A stretch of 27,486 bases of DNA, from IMG/VR virus record IMGVR_UViG_2909282993_000005. The stretch is one strand, 5' to 3'. Below are positions 8,587 through 16,417 of this stretch, piece after piece; the first letter of the stretch is position 1, and every line of letters begins with the position of its first letter. The stretch is from a virus (taxonomy: Duplodnaviria; Heunggongvirae; Uroviricota; Caudoviricetes). Below the pieces are notes generated by a model, which worked only from the letters and a program-made list of their open reading frames with translations, did no database searches and was not told where the DNA came from. Made by a program: the position numbers and the translations under genes.

Positions 8587-9408
8587 TTACCTAGTTACCT
8601 TTTTTAACTGCCGCTCAGCCCATCCTTCTTCAATATCAAACCGGGTCACCAGCGCATCATAGAATTTCTTAACTGTTTTTTCCCATGACGCGCGTGTTAT
8701 CTGGTTTGTCACCTCGCATATAGCATTAAATGCCTCCGTTGATGGTAGTCTTTCATAGCCACGACCACCACAACGCTGGCAGTCTCTGATAACAGGCATA
8801 CCACGTTTTACCGACTCTTCACGGTGAATGGCGACACCACGCCCACGGCAATCCTTACAGGCGGTGGAAACCTCACCCTTTCCGCCACACTCCGGACAGG
8901 CAACTTTTACCACCTCCCTGACTTTTTTCCATTCTTCCCAGTAAGACGGATACACACCTTTCGTACACTTTGCCCATACCGGCGGCTTACCATCCGGATA
9001 CTGGACCTTGTTTGTAAAAACTACGCTTTCAATAAATTTTTCCCCATAGCAACAAGGGCACTGCTTTTTACTCGCTGCGCTGCGGGCATAATCCTCAAAA
9101 GCGTACGAAGCCATAATGCGCATCACTACCGGTTTTATTTCTGCCGGAAGTTTTCTCAACGCCGCCACACGATCGCACCGACTGAGTGCATAATCTGCCA
9201 GTAATTCTGTTGCCCGCGCCCTGTCATTCATACTGATGCCCATTTTCCCCAGGAACGCAGAAAACCCCATCTCAGCCCGATTCTGTGTCATGCCCTGCGC
9301 GGCCATCACATCAGTGATACTCAGCGCATCTTTTGACGTTGAGGCCGATGCATCGGTCAGGCAAGGGGATTTTGGGGAGTAGTATTTCGGTAAATCTTCC
9401 AGTTTCAT
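8587..9408 (-). CDS. Late-gene antiterminator Q-like protein with Cys-rich zinc-finger region (CPCC plus three CxxCxGxG motifs)
   Basis: 273-aa ORF immediately upstream of pR'/tR' and the tRNAs and downstream of rusA, the canonical Q position. Motifs CPECGGKG, CKDCRGRG, CQRCGGRG. Family assignment is by position plus Zn-binding motifs, not verified by search. Confidence 0.55.
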   Translation of the reverse strand: MKLEDLPKYYSPKSPCLTDASASTSKDALSITDVMAAQGMTQNRAEMGFSAFLGKMGISMNDRARATELLADYALSRCDRVAALRKLPAEIKPVVMRIMASYAFEDYARSAASKKQCPCCYGEKFIESVVFTNKVQYPDGKPPVWAKCTKGVYPSYWEEWKKVREVVKVACPECGGKGEVSTACKDCRGRGVAIHREESVKRGMPVIRDCQRCGGRGYERLPSTEAFNAICEVTNQITRASWEKTVKKFYDALVTRFDIEEGWAERQLKKVTR

Positions 9409-9782
9409 TTTTTGACCTGCTCTTCATGCATTATGGGGTAAATCTTCACCCCCAGACGTCCACCAGATACTGGCTGACCACGAACGATATTGATTTCATC
9501 AAACTGCTCATCGTCCATTAACACTCCCGCATGCGTCAGCGCATCCAGCGGTGCTTTCAGGATATTGTCCAGGTCGCGACGACGCTTATCCGGTGGCTCT
9601 GCAATCACCTTTATCGCCAGCCTTCCGGACAGGCTTAATTTCAGCCGCTGCTGGCGAACAATAAGCGCCACAGCCCGGCGATAACGCTTTCCCTCCTCCG
9701 AGATAAAATATGTGCTGCCACGGCGTCGCCAGTAAGTGTTCACCGTCGGCGGGTATGGTAAAACCAAATCTATGAGCATCAC
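9405..9782 (-). CDS. rusA: Holliday junction resolvase RusA
   Basis: 125-aa product with LPYPPTVNTYW and PPDKRRRDLDNILKAPLDALTHAGVLMDDEQ motifs characteristic of RusA. In the nin region upstream of Q. Confidence 0.85.
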   Translation of the reverse strand: MMLIDLVLPYPPTVNTYWRRRGSTYFISEEGKRYRRAVALIVRQQRLKLSLSGRLAIKVIAEPPDKRRRDLDNILKAPLDALTHAGVLMDDEQFDEINIVRGQPVSGGRLGVKIYPIMHEEQVKK

Positions 9783-9791
9783 TCACCTCTT

Positions 9792-10841
9792 TTACCCAAG
9801 CACGCCAGTTGCAAAGGCGTGATCAAGAAAACGAAAAATTAAATCAACCTGAGAACCATGCTTTTCTTCGAACGCCAGAGGATCCGCATGAAGCTCGTTG
9901 TGATGCTCCCGACACAGCGGTAGCGTGAAAATATCGTGAGATTTTGTCCCCATTCCGCCCTGACCATGACCAATCAGGTGATGGGGATCGTCGGCTGGCT
10001 TACCACAATACGCACACGGCTGTGTCTTCACCCAGCGTGTGTATTTCTCGTTAACCCAGCGGCGACGTTTAGGTCGTTTCATGAAAGATTCCGGAGACTC
10101 AGGATCAACGGCAATGCTGACCACCGTCTTTTCCTGTGGTGGGTTCTGTTGCTGGTGGGCGTGAGGCAGCGGCGCAAGATTTTTTGTGCGCTGTTTCAGT
10201 ATGCTGGTGGCGGTCTGCTCTCCCGGTACGATGTCGCTTTCACGGTACATTGAGCGGATTTTTTCCGCACGCAACCCCAGCGAACGACGTAATACCGCTT
10301 CCGGTAGCGCGTCCGCCACCTGATTGCGGACCGCCCACCAGGATAATTCAGCCAGCGATAATTCCCGCTCCTGTGTGCCATTCATTGCGTGACGAATGAC
10401 GTCAATCATCCATGCTGACAAGTTTTGGTGAGCAAGTTGCTCAAGTGATTCGGAGGTCTGGTCACGCAACTGGTTGTCGCAGTGCCAGCACAACACCATT
10501 GCGCCGGTACCATAACGGTGAATGACGGTTTCGCTGTGATGATAATCGCCGTGTGGCCACTGGCAGGATTTAATATGGCGCAACAGCCAGTCAGACAATG
10601 CACCAGCACCACCAGCAGCACGAATCACCCGTGCGTTACTGAAAAACGGCAGCAATGTTTTGTCTTCCACCAGCGGCTGGCGAACGGCAGGAACGCCCCC
10701 GGACGGCAGATTACGCATGCTTTTCGGTTCCGGCTCCACCAGTACCCGGGTATTGTGGAATACCGGCATGGATTCACGGCCCGGCTTAACGATCACCAGC
10801 CCGAGTTCCGGTACCAGAACAGGTCGAAGTAATACTCGCAC
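9792..10841 (-). CDS. DUF968-family phage protein (YdfU-like) with C-terminal HNH/zinc-binding-like motif
   Basis: 349-aa ORF. C-terminus CAYCGKPADDPHHLIGHGQGGMGTKSHDIFTLPLCREHHNELH is an HNH-like Cys/His cluster. Same length and position as ydfU of Qin (recall). Confidence 0.65.
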   Translation of the reverse strand: MRVLLRPVLVPELGLVIVKPGRESMPVFHNTRVLVEPEPKSMRNLPSGGVPAVRQPLVEDKTLLPFFSNARVIRAAGGAGALSDWLLRHIKSCQWPHGDYHHSETVIHRYGTGAMVLCWHCDNQLRDQTSESLEQLAHQNLSAWMIDVIRHAMNGTQERELSLAELSWWAVRNQVADALPEAVLRRSLGLRAEKIRSMYRESDIVPGEQTATSILKQRTKNLAPLPHAHQQQNPPQEKTVVSIAVDPESPESFMKRPKRRRWVNEKYTRWVKTQPCAYCGKPADDPHHLIGHGQGGMGTKSHDIFTLPLCREHHNELHADPLAFEEKHGSQVDLIFRFLDHAFATGVLG

Positions 10842-10842
10842 G

Positions 10843-11121
10843 TTACCTCCAGATGCGTTGCTGGAATGTGCGGGACGGACGCGGTGATCGTTCGGAGTAA
10901 GGAAGCCTGACGGAGATTATCCAGTGACGATAATCGAGGCTGAGGGCTTTCTTAATCTCGTATCCGTGTCTGCGGTAGCACTGAATTAGCCACTCGGCCT
11001 GTTCTTCAGTGCATGGGGGATGCTGGAACCAGTCAGATTTGAAAGTGCGGGAACGCCGCCCGTGCCTGCTGGCAAAGACGGCAGAATCATCAGAATTGTG
11101 TAATTTGGTATCGTGCGCCAT
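10843..11121 (-). CDS. Hypothetical small phage protein (occupies the position of rem in Qin); start chosen at MAHDTK because the upstream part of the ORF overlaps a terminator
   Basis: 92-aa ORF translationally coupled to the downstream DUF968 gene (1-nt gap). No recognisable domain. Confidence 0.4.
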   Translation of the reverse strand: MAHDTKLHNSDDSAVFASRHGRRSRTFKSDWFQHPPCTEEQAEWLIQCYRRHGYEIKKALSLDYRHWIISVRLPYSERSPRPSRTFQQRIWR

Positions 11122-11192
11122 CGGTTGTCTCTGCTGGCGCAGCAGGTGCCAGTTGTTCAGGCTGGCGTGCGAATTGTAAACCAGAATGCCAG

Positions 11193-11220
11193 GAAAAAAC
11201 AAAACCCGCCGAAGCGGGTT
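11193..11220 (-). terminator. Intrinsic terminator downstream of hok (stem AACCCGC/GCGGGTT with UUCG loop, then U-rich tail)
   Basis: Read directly on the minus strand: aacccgc-ttcg-gcgggtt followed by ttgttttttcc. Confidence 0.6.
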
Positions 11221-11288
11221 ACGTGCGGGTGCGTTGAGGATGCCTGACACATCAGAGGTGGCGAGGGATTTCTCCCTCGCCGGGTCTC

Positions 11289-11444
11289 TTACTCCTCAGG
11301 TTCGTAAACTGTGAAGACAGCGACCTCCGTCTGGCCGGTTCGGATTCGTAACTCGCAGAGGTCTTTCCTCGTTACCAGTGCCGTCACTATGACGGTTAAA
11401 CAGATGACGATCAGGGCGATTAACATCGCCTTTTGCTGCTTCAT
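11289..11444 (-). CDS. hokD: Hok/Gef-family type I toxin (HokD/RelF-like, 51 aa); in-frame upstream extension to 11501 corresponds to a Mok-like reading frame
   Basis: MKQQKAMLIALIVICLTVIVTALVTRKDLCELRIRTGQTEVAVFTVYEPEE, near-identical to HokD/RelF from recall: single TM helix plus conserved C-terminal periplasmic tail. Confidence 0.9.
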   Translation of the reverse strand: MKQQKAMLIALIVICLTVIVTALVTRKDLCELRIRTGQTEVAVFTVYEPEE

Positions 11445-12164
11445 AGCCTGCTTCTCCTTGCCTTTCGGCACGTAAGAGGCTAACCTAGATTTGCCGTTCA
11501 TAGATTGAGCCTCAGATTAATGTTAAGCGTCTTGCAGGACGCGTAATGTTAACTGGGGCTTTTCTCTATCTGCCTTTGGTGTTCATGCCTGAGGCAGATA
11601 GCCTCAAGCACCCGCAGCAATTCTACTTAACTCCCGTCACCTCGCCAATATAAAATCAATCAGAAAGGCGATCCATAAGAACAACAGCAAGACAATAAAT
11701 TGCCATTACAGCCGCAATAGCTAGCGCACATTTGAGAACCAGCACGACAACCTCCTGTATTGGACGTACACCAGTTCTGATAAATATGAGGCTGTCTCAT
11801 CATTGATTCAATATAACTATTGGGTATAGTTTCTGTGATTTTGTTCTGTAGAAATGGAACACAACAACCAGTCACCACCAGCACTTCTTTAAATACGCCA
11901 AGTCCGACGCAAGCTAACCTTCTAGTCCGCTTTGAGCGAGGAGCGGACCAAACCCGGCCAACTGACTCTTAAAGGGGCCGCAGGAATTTTTCGTCTGAAC
12001 TTTCGAAGCTCCTCTCCCTGAAGACAGAAAACTTCTGTGTGCTGTGGGAATATTGAATCTTTGCATTAGATATAAATAATTTTATCCCGCCTGAAGTTTA
12101 CATTATTTTATTTATCTGTTTTTCTAAATCAGACTGCACTCCTTACTTAAATCAGGAGCCAGTC

Positions 12165-13364
12165 ATGCCATTTGTTATTTATGTGTTTACTATCAGTGCC
12201 TTTGCGCTCGGACTCGCGGAATTTGTCCCCATTGGGCTGACAGACGTTATGGCTCAGGGGTTGTGTGTGGGTGTGGAGCAGACCGGGGCAGCGGTTACAA
12301 CCTATGCACTGGGGGCAACGTTCGCGGCACCCGTACTGTCTGCGCTGACAGCAAGCTGGAGCCGGAAAAATGTAATGCTTACAACTGCCGTTGTGTTTAC
12401 TGCCGGTAGTCTGGCGGCCGCGTTTGCAGCCACATTACCTCAGCTCCTGTTAGCGCGGTTCATTGCTGGTCTGGGACACGGCCTGTTTCTGGCTGCGGCA
12501 TCCAGTACCGCAGCTCGTCTTGCTGGACCGGGTAAAGCAGGCAGAGCGGTGGCTGTGGTATTTGGTGGCTTTACTCTGGCGATGGCAATCGGCGTACCGC
12601 TGAGTACATGGTTGGGGGGGGTGGTCTCATGGCGTCCAGTTCTCGGCGCTATTGCCGCTTTTGGCGCGTTCGGATTCCTTGGACTGTTGTTCGGTATGAA
12701 AGATCCCGTACGCAGCGTGCCCGGTGAACATAGTGACTCAGCAATGCAGAATATCGGCATGCTGTTTAACCGTAAGTTGCTGGCCGGCGCGCTGGTTACG
12801 GTGCTGGCGTATGCAGGCTCGTTTACGGCTTACACCTTTATCGCACCTATTCTGACGCAGGTGACAGGGGTTACCGGAGCAAAGGTGAGTCTGTTTATGC
12901 TGGTTTACGGTATTACAGCTGCGGTAGGTAATATTCTTGGTGGGAAACTTACCGACAGCATGGGGGTTAATCGTGCCAATATACTCATCATTAGCGGCAT
13001 TGTTGTTGTCGTGCTTGGTATGTGGCTGCTGTCATCCTCACCGGTGAGCATGGGCATTCTGGTTGCGCTGCTGGGTATGGTGACATTTGCCGCAGTGCCG
13101 GCACTGCAGGCCCGTCTGATTGGTGTCGCTGAGCAACATGCTCCTCATGCGCATGGTGTTGCTGCCGGCCTGAATATTGCGGGCTTCAACTCAGGTATAG
13201 CGCTGGGATCAGTACTGGGCAGCATTACTATAAGCCACGCCGGTATCGTGTATACCGGTATCAGCGGTGCGATTGTTTCTCTGCTCGGCCTGCTGTTGCT
13301 GCTTGCACAAATCCGTCGCAGCCACAGTCGTAAATTTCAACAGGTTAAAATCGTAGGCCAGTAA
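12165..13364 (+). CDS. MFS transporter (12-TM, DHA1-like efflux/sugar-type family); GC-rich gene
   Basis: 399-aa highly hydrophobic ORF with MFS loop motifs; AGGAG RBS. Nucleotide composition is visibly more GC-rich than the flanking phage DNA. Confidence 0.8.
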   Translation: MPFVIYVFTISAFALGLAEFVPIGLTDVMAQGLCVGVEQTGAAVTTYALGATFAAPVLSALTASWSRKNVMLTTAVVFTAGSLAAAFAATLPQLLLARFIAGLGHGLFLAAASSTAARLAGPGKAGRAVAVVFGGFTLAMAIGVPLSTWLGGVVSWRPVLGAIAAFGAFGFLGLLFGMKDPVRSVPGEHSDSAMQNIGMLFNRKLLAGALVTVLAYAGSFTAYTFIAPILTQVTGVTGAKVSLFMLVYGITAAVGNILGGKLTDSMGVNRANILIISGIVVVVLGMWLLSSSPVSMGILVALLGMVTFAAVPALQARLIGVAEQHAPHAHGVAAGLNIAGFNSGIALGSVLGSITISHAGIVYTGISGAIVSLLGLLLLLAQIRRSHSRKFQQVKIVGQ

Positions 13365-13375
13365 AGGGAGGTTAT

Positions 13376-14068
13376 ATGCTTACCCGTGAAAATATGCTTA
13401 ATGGCACATTTGTCAGGGTGCATGAAGCGCTGCTCCCGGCGAATATGCTCTGGGACGCTGAAAAAATACGCGCATCAATGAACTCTACTCTGGAGGAGCG
13501 CCCGACGGGTGCTCCTTTCTGGATATTTGCCTACGGGTCATTGATGTGGAATCCCGTGCTGGCAATTGAAGAAATGCAACGGGCCCGTCTGAAAGGATGG
13601 CAGCGCAGTTTCTGCATTCGTTTGATATCCGGACGAGCGACTCCTGATGTCCCCGGCAGGATGTTATCGCTCGACGAAGGTGGAATTACCGAAGGTATTG
13701 CGTTCAGACTGCCGGAATCGACTCTTATTAATGAGCTGGAAATTGTCTGGACGCGCGAGATGATAACCGGTCTTTACCGTCCGGTCTGGGCAGACGTTTC
13801 GCTAGGAAACGGTGAGGAAATTCAGGCGCTGGCTTTCGTATCAGACAGACTGCATCCGCATTATGAACAGGACAATCTTACAGCGACCGTAGCGTTGAGC
13901 ATCGCATCTGCCCGTGGAGACATTGGCACGAATGCAGATTATGTATGGAAACTGCAGGCCACTCTGGGTGCGTTGGGAATACGGGATGATTACGTGAGTG
14001 AACTGGCCCTTGCTCTGCATGAGGCTCCCTGTAACGATAAACTTCATCAGCGAGGCGCTTCACTATGA
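13376..14068 (+). CDS. ChaC-family gamma-glutamylcyclotransferase-like protein
   Basis: 230-aa product with FAYGSLMWNP and GRMLSLDEGG...WTREMITG motifs matching the ChaC/GGCT fold signature (YGSL catalytic region). Confidence 0.8.
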   Translation: MLTRENMLNGTFVRVHEALLPANMLWDAEKIRASMNSTLEERPTGAPFWIFAYGSLMWNPVLAIEEMQRARLKGWQRSFCIRLISGRATPDVPGRMLSLDEGGITEGIAFRLPESTLINELEIVWTREMITGLYRPVWADVSLGNGEEIQALAFVSDRLHPHYEQDNLTATVALSIASARGDIGTNADYVWKLQATLGALGIRDDYVSELALALHEAPCNDKLHQRGASL

Positions 14069-14946
14069 GCCATCTGAGCCATCTGCGAACGTTTCTTGAG
14101 GCCTATCGCTCTGGCTCCTTTTCAAAGGCGGCAGAACTACTGGGCATCACTCAGCCCGCGGCGTCACAGCATATCCAGTCTCTTGAGACTCTGGTTGGTA
14201 AGCGTCTGTTTATCAGGCAGGCCAGAGGCGTGACGGCAACCGAAGCTGCGGATGAGCTTGCCCGCTCAGTTTCACCCTTCATTGATGGTCTGGAAGAAAA
14301 GCTGTCCTCTTTCCGGTCAGGCTCTGTACACGGGGGAACAATTAATCTGGCAGGACCGCCAGATTTTATTCATTCCCGGCTTGGGACAGTAATGGCTCCA
14401 CTAATGAAGGAGGGGTATCGCCTACGCTTTCATACCGGCAATAAGCAACGTATTTATTCCCTTTTGCATGACGGGAGCGCCGATCTCGCTGTTACCGCAT
14501 CTATGCCTGATGACCGTCTGTACGGCTATGCACATCTACTGACTGAACGCATGCTCCTTGTTCATGCTCCCGCCATGTCAGAGATCATCGGATCAGAACC
14601 TGGTGCTGAAACGCTTGCCTCATTACCGCTGATTGCTTATGACGAAGAGTTGCCACTGATTAGAGCGCTCTGGGCCTCCATGTTTCAGAGAGCCCCTGAG
14701 ATGCAGGCTACATTCACCATTCCGGATTTACGTATTATCCGCGACTTGGTCTGTGACGGCCACGGGTGGACAGTGCTGCCGGATTATCACTGTGACAATG
14801 ACCTGAAAAGTGGTCGCCTGATTTCAGTGACACCTGCAGACCTCGCTCCGACTAATCATCTTTATCTGGTCTGGAACAAAAGGACGGCTAATAACAGCCG
14901 AACCGCCTATGTTCGGGATTACATTCTTAAAACGTTTCCGCGTTGA
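14065..14946 (+). CDS. LysR-family transcriptional regulator
   Basis: 293-aa product with an N-terminal wHTH typical of LysR (LRTFLEAYRSGSFSKAAELLGITQPAASQHIQSLE) and a C-terminal substrate-binding domain. 4-bp overlap with the ChaC-like gene. Confidence 0.85.
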   Translation: MSHLSHLRTFLEAYRSGSFSKAAELLGITQPAASQHIQSLETLVGKRLFIRQARGVTATEAADELARSVSPFIDGLEEKLSSFRSGSVHGGTINLAGPPDFIHSRLGTVMAPLMKEGYRLRFHTGNKQRIYSLLHDGSADLAVTASMPDDRLYGYAHLLTERMLLVHAPAMSEIIGSEPGAETLASLPLIAYDEELPLIRALWASMFQRAPEMQATFTIPDLRIIRDLVCDGHGWTVLPDYHCDNDLKSGRLISVTPADLAPTNHLYLVWNKRTANNSRTAYVRDYILKTFPR

Positions 14947-14990
14947 TGTTTGAAACGGATGATTGGCGATGTGTATCATAAGTTACGTAT

Positions 14991-15020
14991 GTCCGCTTCT
15001 GGCACAAAGCAGACGCCCAC
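14991..15020. repeat. 30-bp imperfect direct repeat, copy A (gtccgcttctggcacaaagcagacgcccac)
   Basis: Matches copy B at 18664..18693 in 24/30 positions, with a 14-bp core GGCACAAAGCrGAC. Lies between the LysR stop and the convergent membrane-protein gene. Confidence 0.5.
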
Positions 15021-15076
15021 TCTCACGCGAATGCTTTGCCCTTGACTTGCCAACAACCGTATCGCTTGCTCCGCAA

Positions 15077-16369
15077 CTATGGTTTTTTATTAGAACCTTC
15101 GCCACTAAATAAATTATAATAAATTGATTTTATTAGATATCTGTCAGAATCTATATGGTCAGCACGAGTAGCATGCTCTAATGTTTCAAATGCTAGGGTT
15201 TGTGCGGCTTCAGCAAAAATTCCAGGCCAACCCTTACTCAGCATCGACAGTCCTTTAAGTACCCTTATCTGAATTTCCCTCATACTGGCACCATCGCGCG
15301 CAACAGGTGAGAAAAAGTCTTCAAGTAGATCGTTATTCTGAAGTGGTGCAACATGTACAGAAGGATATTTCACTTCTATTTCATCAGATTTATTCTGCGC
15401 GTAAGCGGAAAGTATACGTACACCTCTGCCAATGACATCAATGGCGGTTCCAGGATCGTTCACTGCGGGGGAAAGGGCTCGGCAGGCTATTTCGGCCATG
15501 ACGCTAAGACAAAATCGGGGGTCCTGAGCAAATGAACGTACATCCGAGACAATAATCGTCTCAAGTAAATCGGTGCTGATTGATGACTCCTGGCCCTGAC
15601 TCAGGTACAAAACTGGCGTGGACGGATGTATGAAACTGCCCGGCTGCGCCACGAGGTATACATGACGGGGATCATTGGTCAGCAGCTTGCTGAGTTTCAC
15701 CATATCAACATATTCAACATAGCCAATCTTTTTCGGATAAACTGCAACCGTTCCTTTCGGCTGTTCATTGTTCTCAAGCCATGGATATCCGCCGAGACAG
15801 GGATTTCTTGCTCTCGCAATAAATGTTTCGATGGCCGCCTGTTCTACTTTTGCCGTTGTCTCACCAACCCTCCCCAGAGAGGTCAAATGCTGTATCCAGC
15901 GAAGCAATGTGATGAGGATTAAGGCAATGACAACCAGTGTTACAATGAATAAAATGACTCTCCCCCTTTCTCCATAAGCTCCCATATTGAGGGCAATAAT
16001 CCCTACCAGACTGAAGAGAAAAGAACCGATGAAGGTGGCCAGTACATTTTGTGTGGTGACGTCTTCAACAACTAAACGAGTAGCTCTGGGAGTCACATTA
16101 GTAGTGGCTGAACCGTAGGCTGTGACCATGATGCTCAGCGAAAATGTGGTCACTGCCAGCATACTCGATGCCAGTATGTTCAGAATGTTATCGACTGCTT
16201 CCGCACCAACCTTCACGGAAACCGACTCAGGTATCATTGATTTAAAAAGAATTGATAAAAGGGCCGTTATTATTGCGACAATTGCGAATAACGTTGCCCT
16301 GAACCATAGTTTTTTAAATGTCTGCTTCAGCATCCATTTCCAGCGTGAAATCATTCTGCATTCCCTCAT
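15077..16369 (-). CDS. Membrane protein with N-terminal multi-TM region and C-terminal soluble domain (tentatively DUF2254-like); exact start uncertain (alternative Met codons at residues 6 and 13)
   Basis: 430-aa ORF with four predicted hydrophobic helices in the first ~160 residues and a long hydrophilic C-terminus. Family name is tentative recall. Confidence 0.55.
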   Translation of the reverse strand: MRECRMISRWKWMLKQTFKKLWFRATLFAIVAIITALLSILFKSMIPESVSVKVGAEAVDNILNILASSMLAVTTFSLSIMVTAYGSATTNVTPRATRLVVEDVTTQNVLATFIGSFLFSLVGIIALNMGAYGERGRVILFIVTLVVIALILITLLRWIQHLTSLGRVGETTAKVEQAAIETFIARARNPCLGGYPWLENNEQPKGTVAVYPKKIGYVEYVDMVKLSKLLTNDPRHVYLVAQPGSFIHPSTPVLYLSQGQESSISTDLLETIIVSDVRSFAQDPRFCLSVMAEIACRALSPAVNDPGTAIDVIGRGVRILSAYAQNKSDEIEVKYPSVHVAPLQNNDLLEDFFSPVARDGASMREIQIRVLKGLSMLSKGWPGIFAEAAQTLAFETLEHATRADHIDSDRYLIKSIYYNLFSGEGSNKKP

Positions 16370-16417
16370 ATTGCAGCCGGGATAAATAAATGCCGCCTCT
16401 GTGGCGGCATGTTGCTG

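Noticed and set aside
10843-11250. Full 135-aa extent of the rem-position ORF
   Set aside because: The first 43 codons overlap the hok intrinsic terminator hairpin, so the start was moved to the internal Met at 11121.
11660-11884. Cys-rich 74-aa ORF (minus strand) upstream of hok
   Set aside because: No RBS, overlaps the expected hok mRNA leader/promoter region, and the composition looks like a chance frame; treated as spurious.
12440-12760. Antisense ORFs inside transporter genes (e.g. 12440..12760, 16752..17240, 137..334, 647..988)
   Set aside because: They lie wholly within and opposite to long, well-supported transporter ORFs and have biased Pro/Arg/Ala composition typical of antisense frames.
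14991-15020. Sigma-54 promoter, because of TGGCAC in the direct repeat
   Set aside because: The -12 element (TTGCW at the correct spacing) is missing in both copies. The same 14-bp core in two places fits a repeat better than a promoter.
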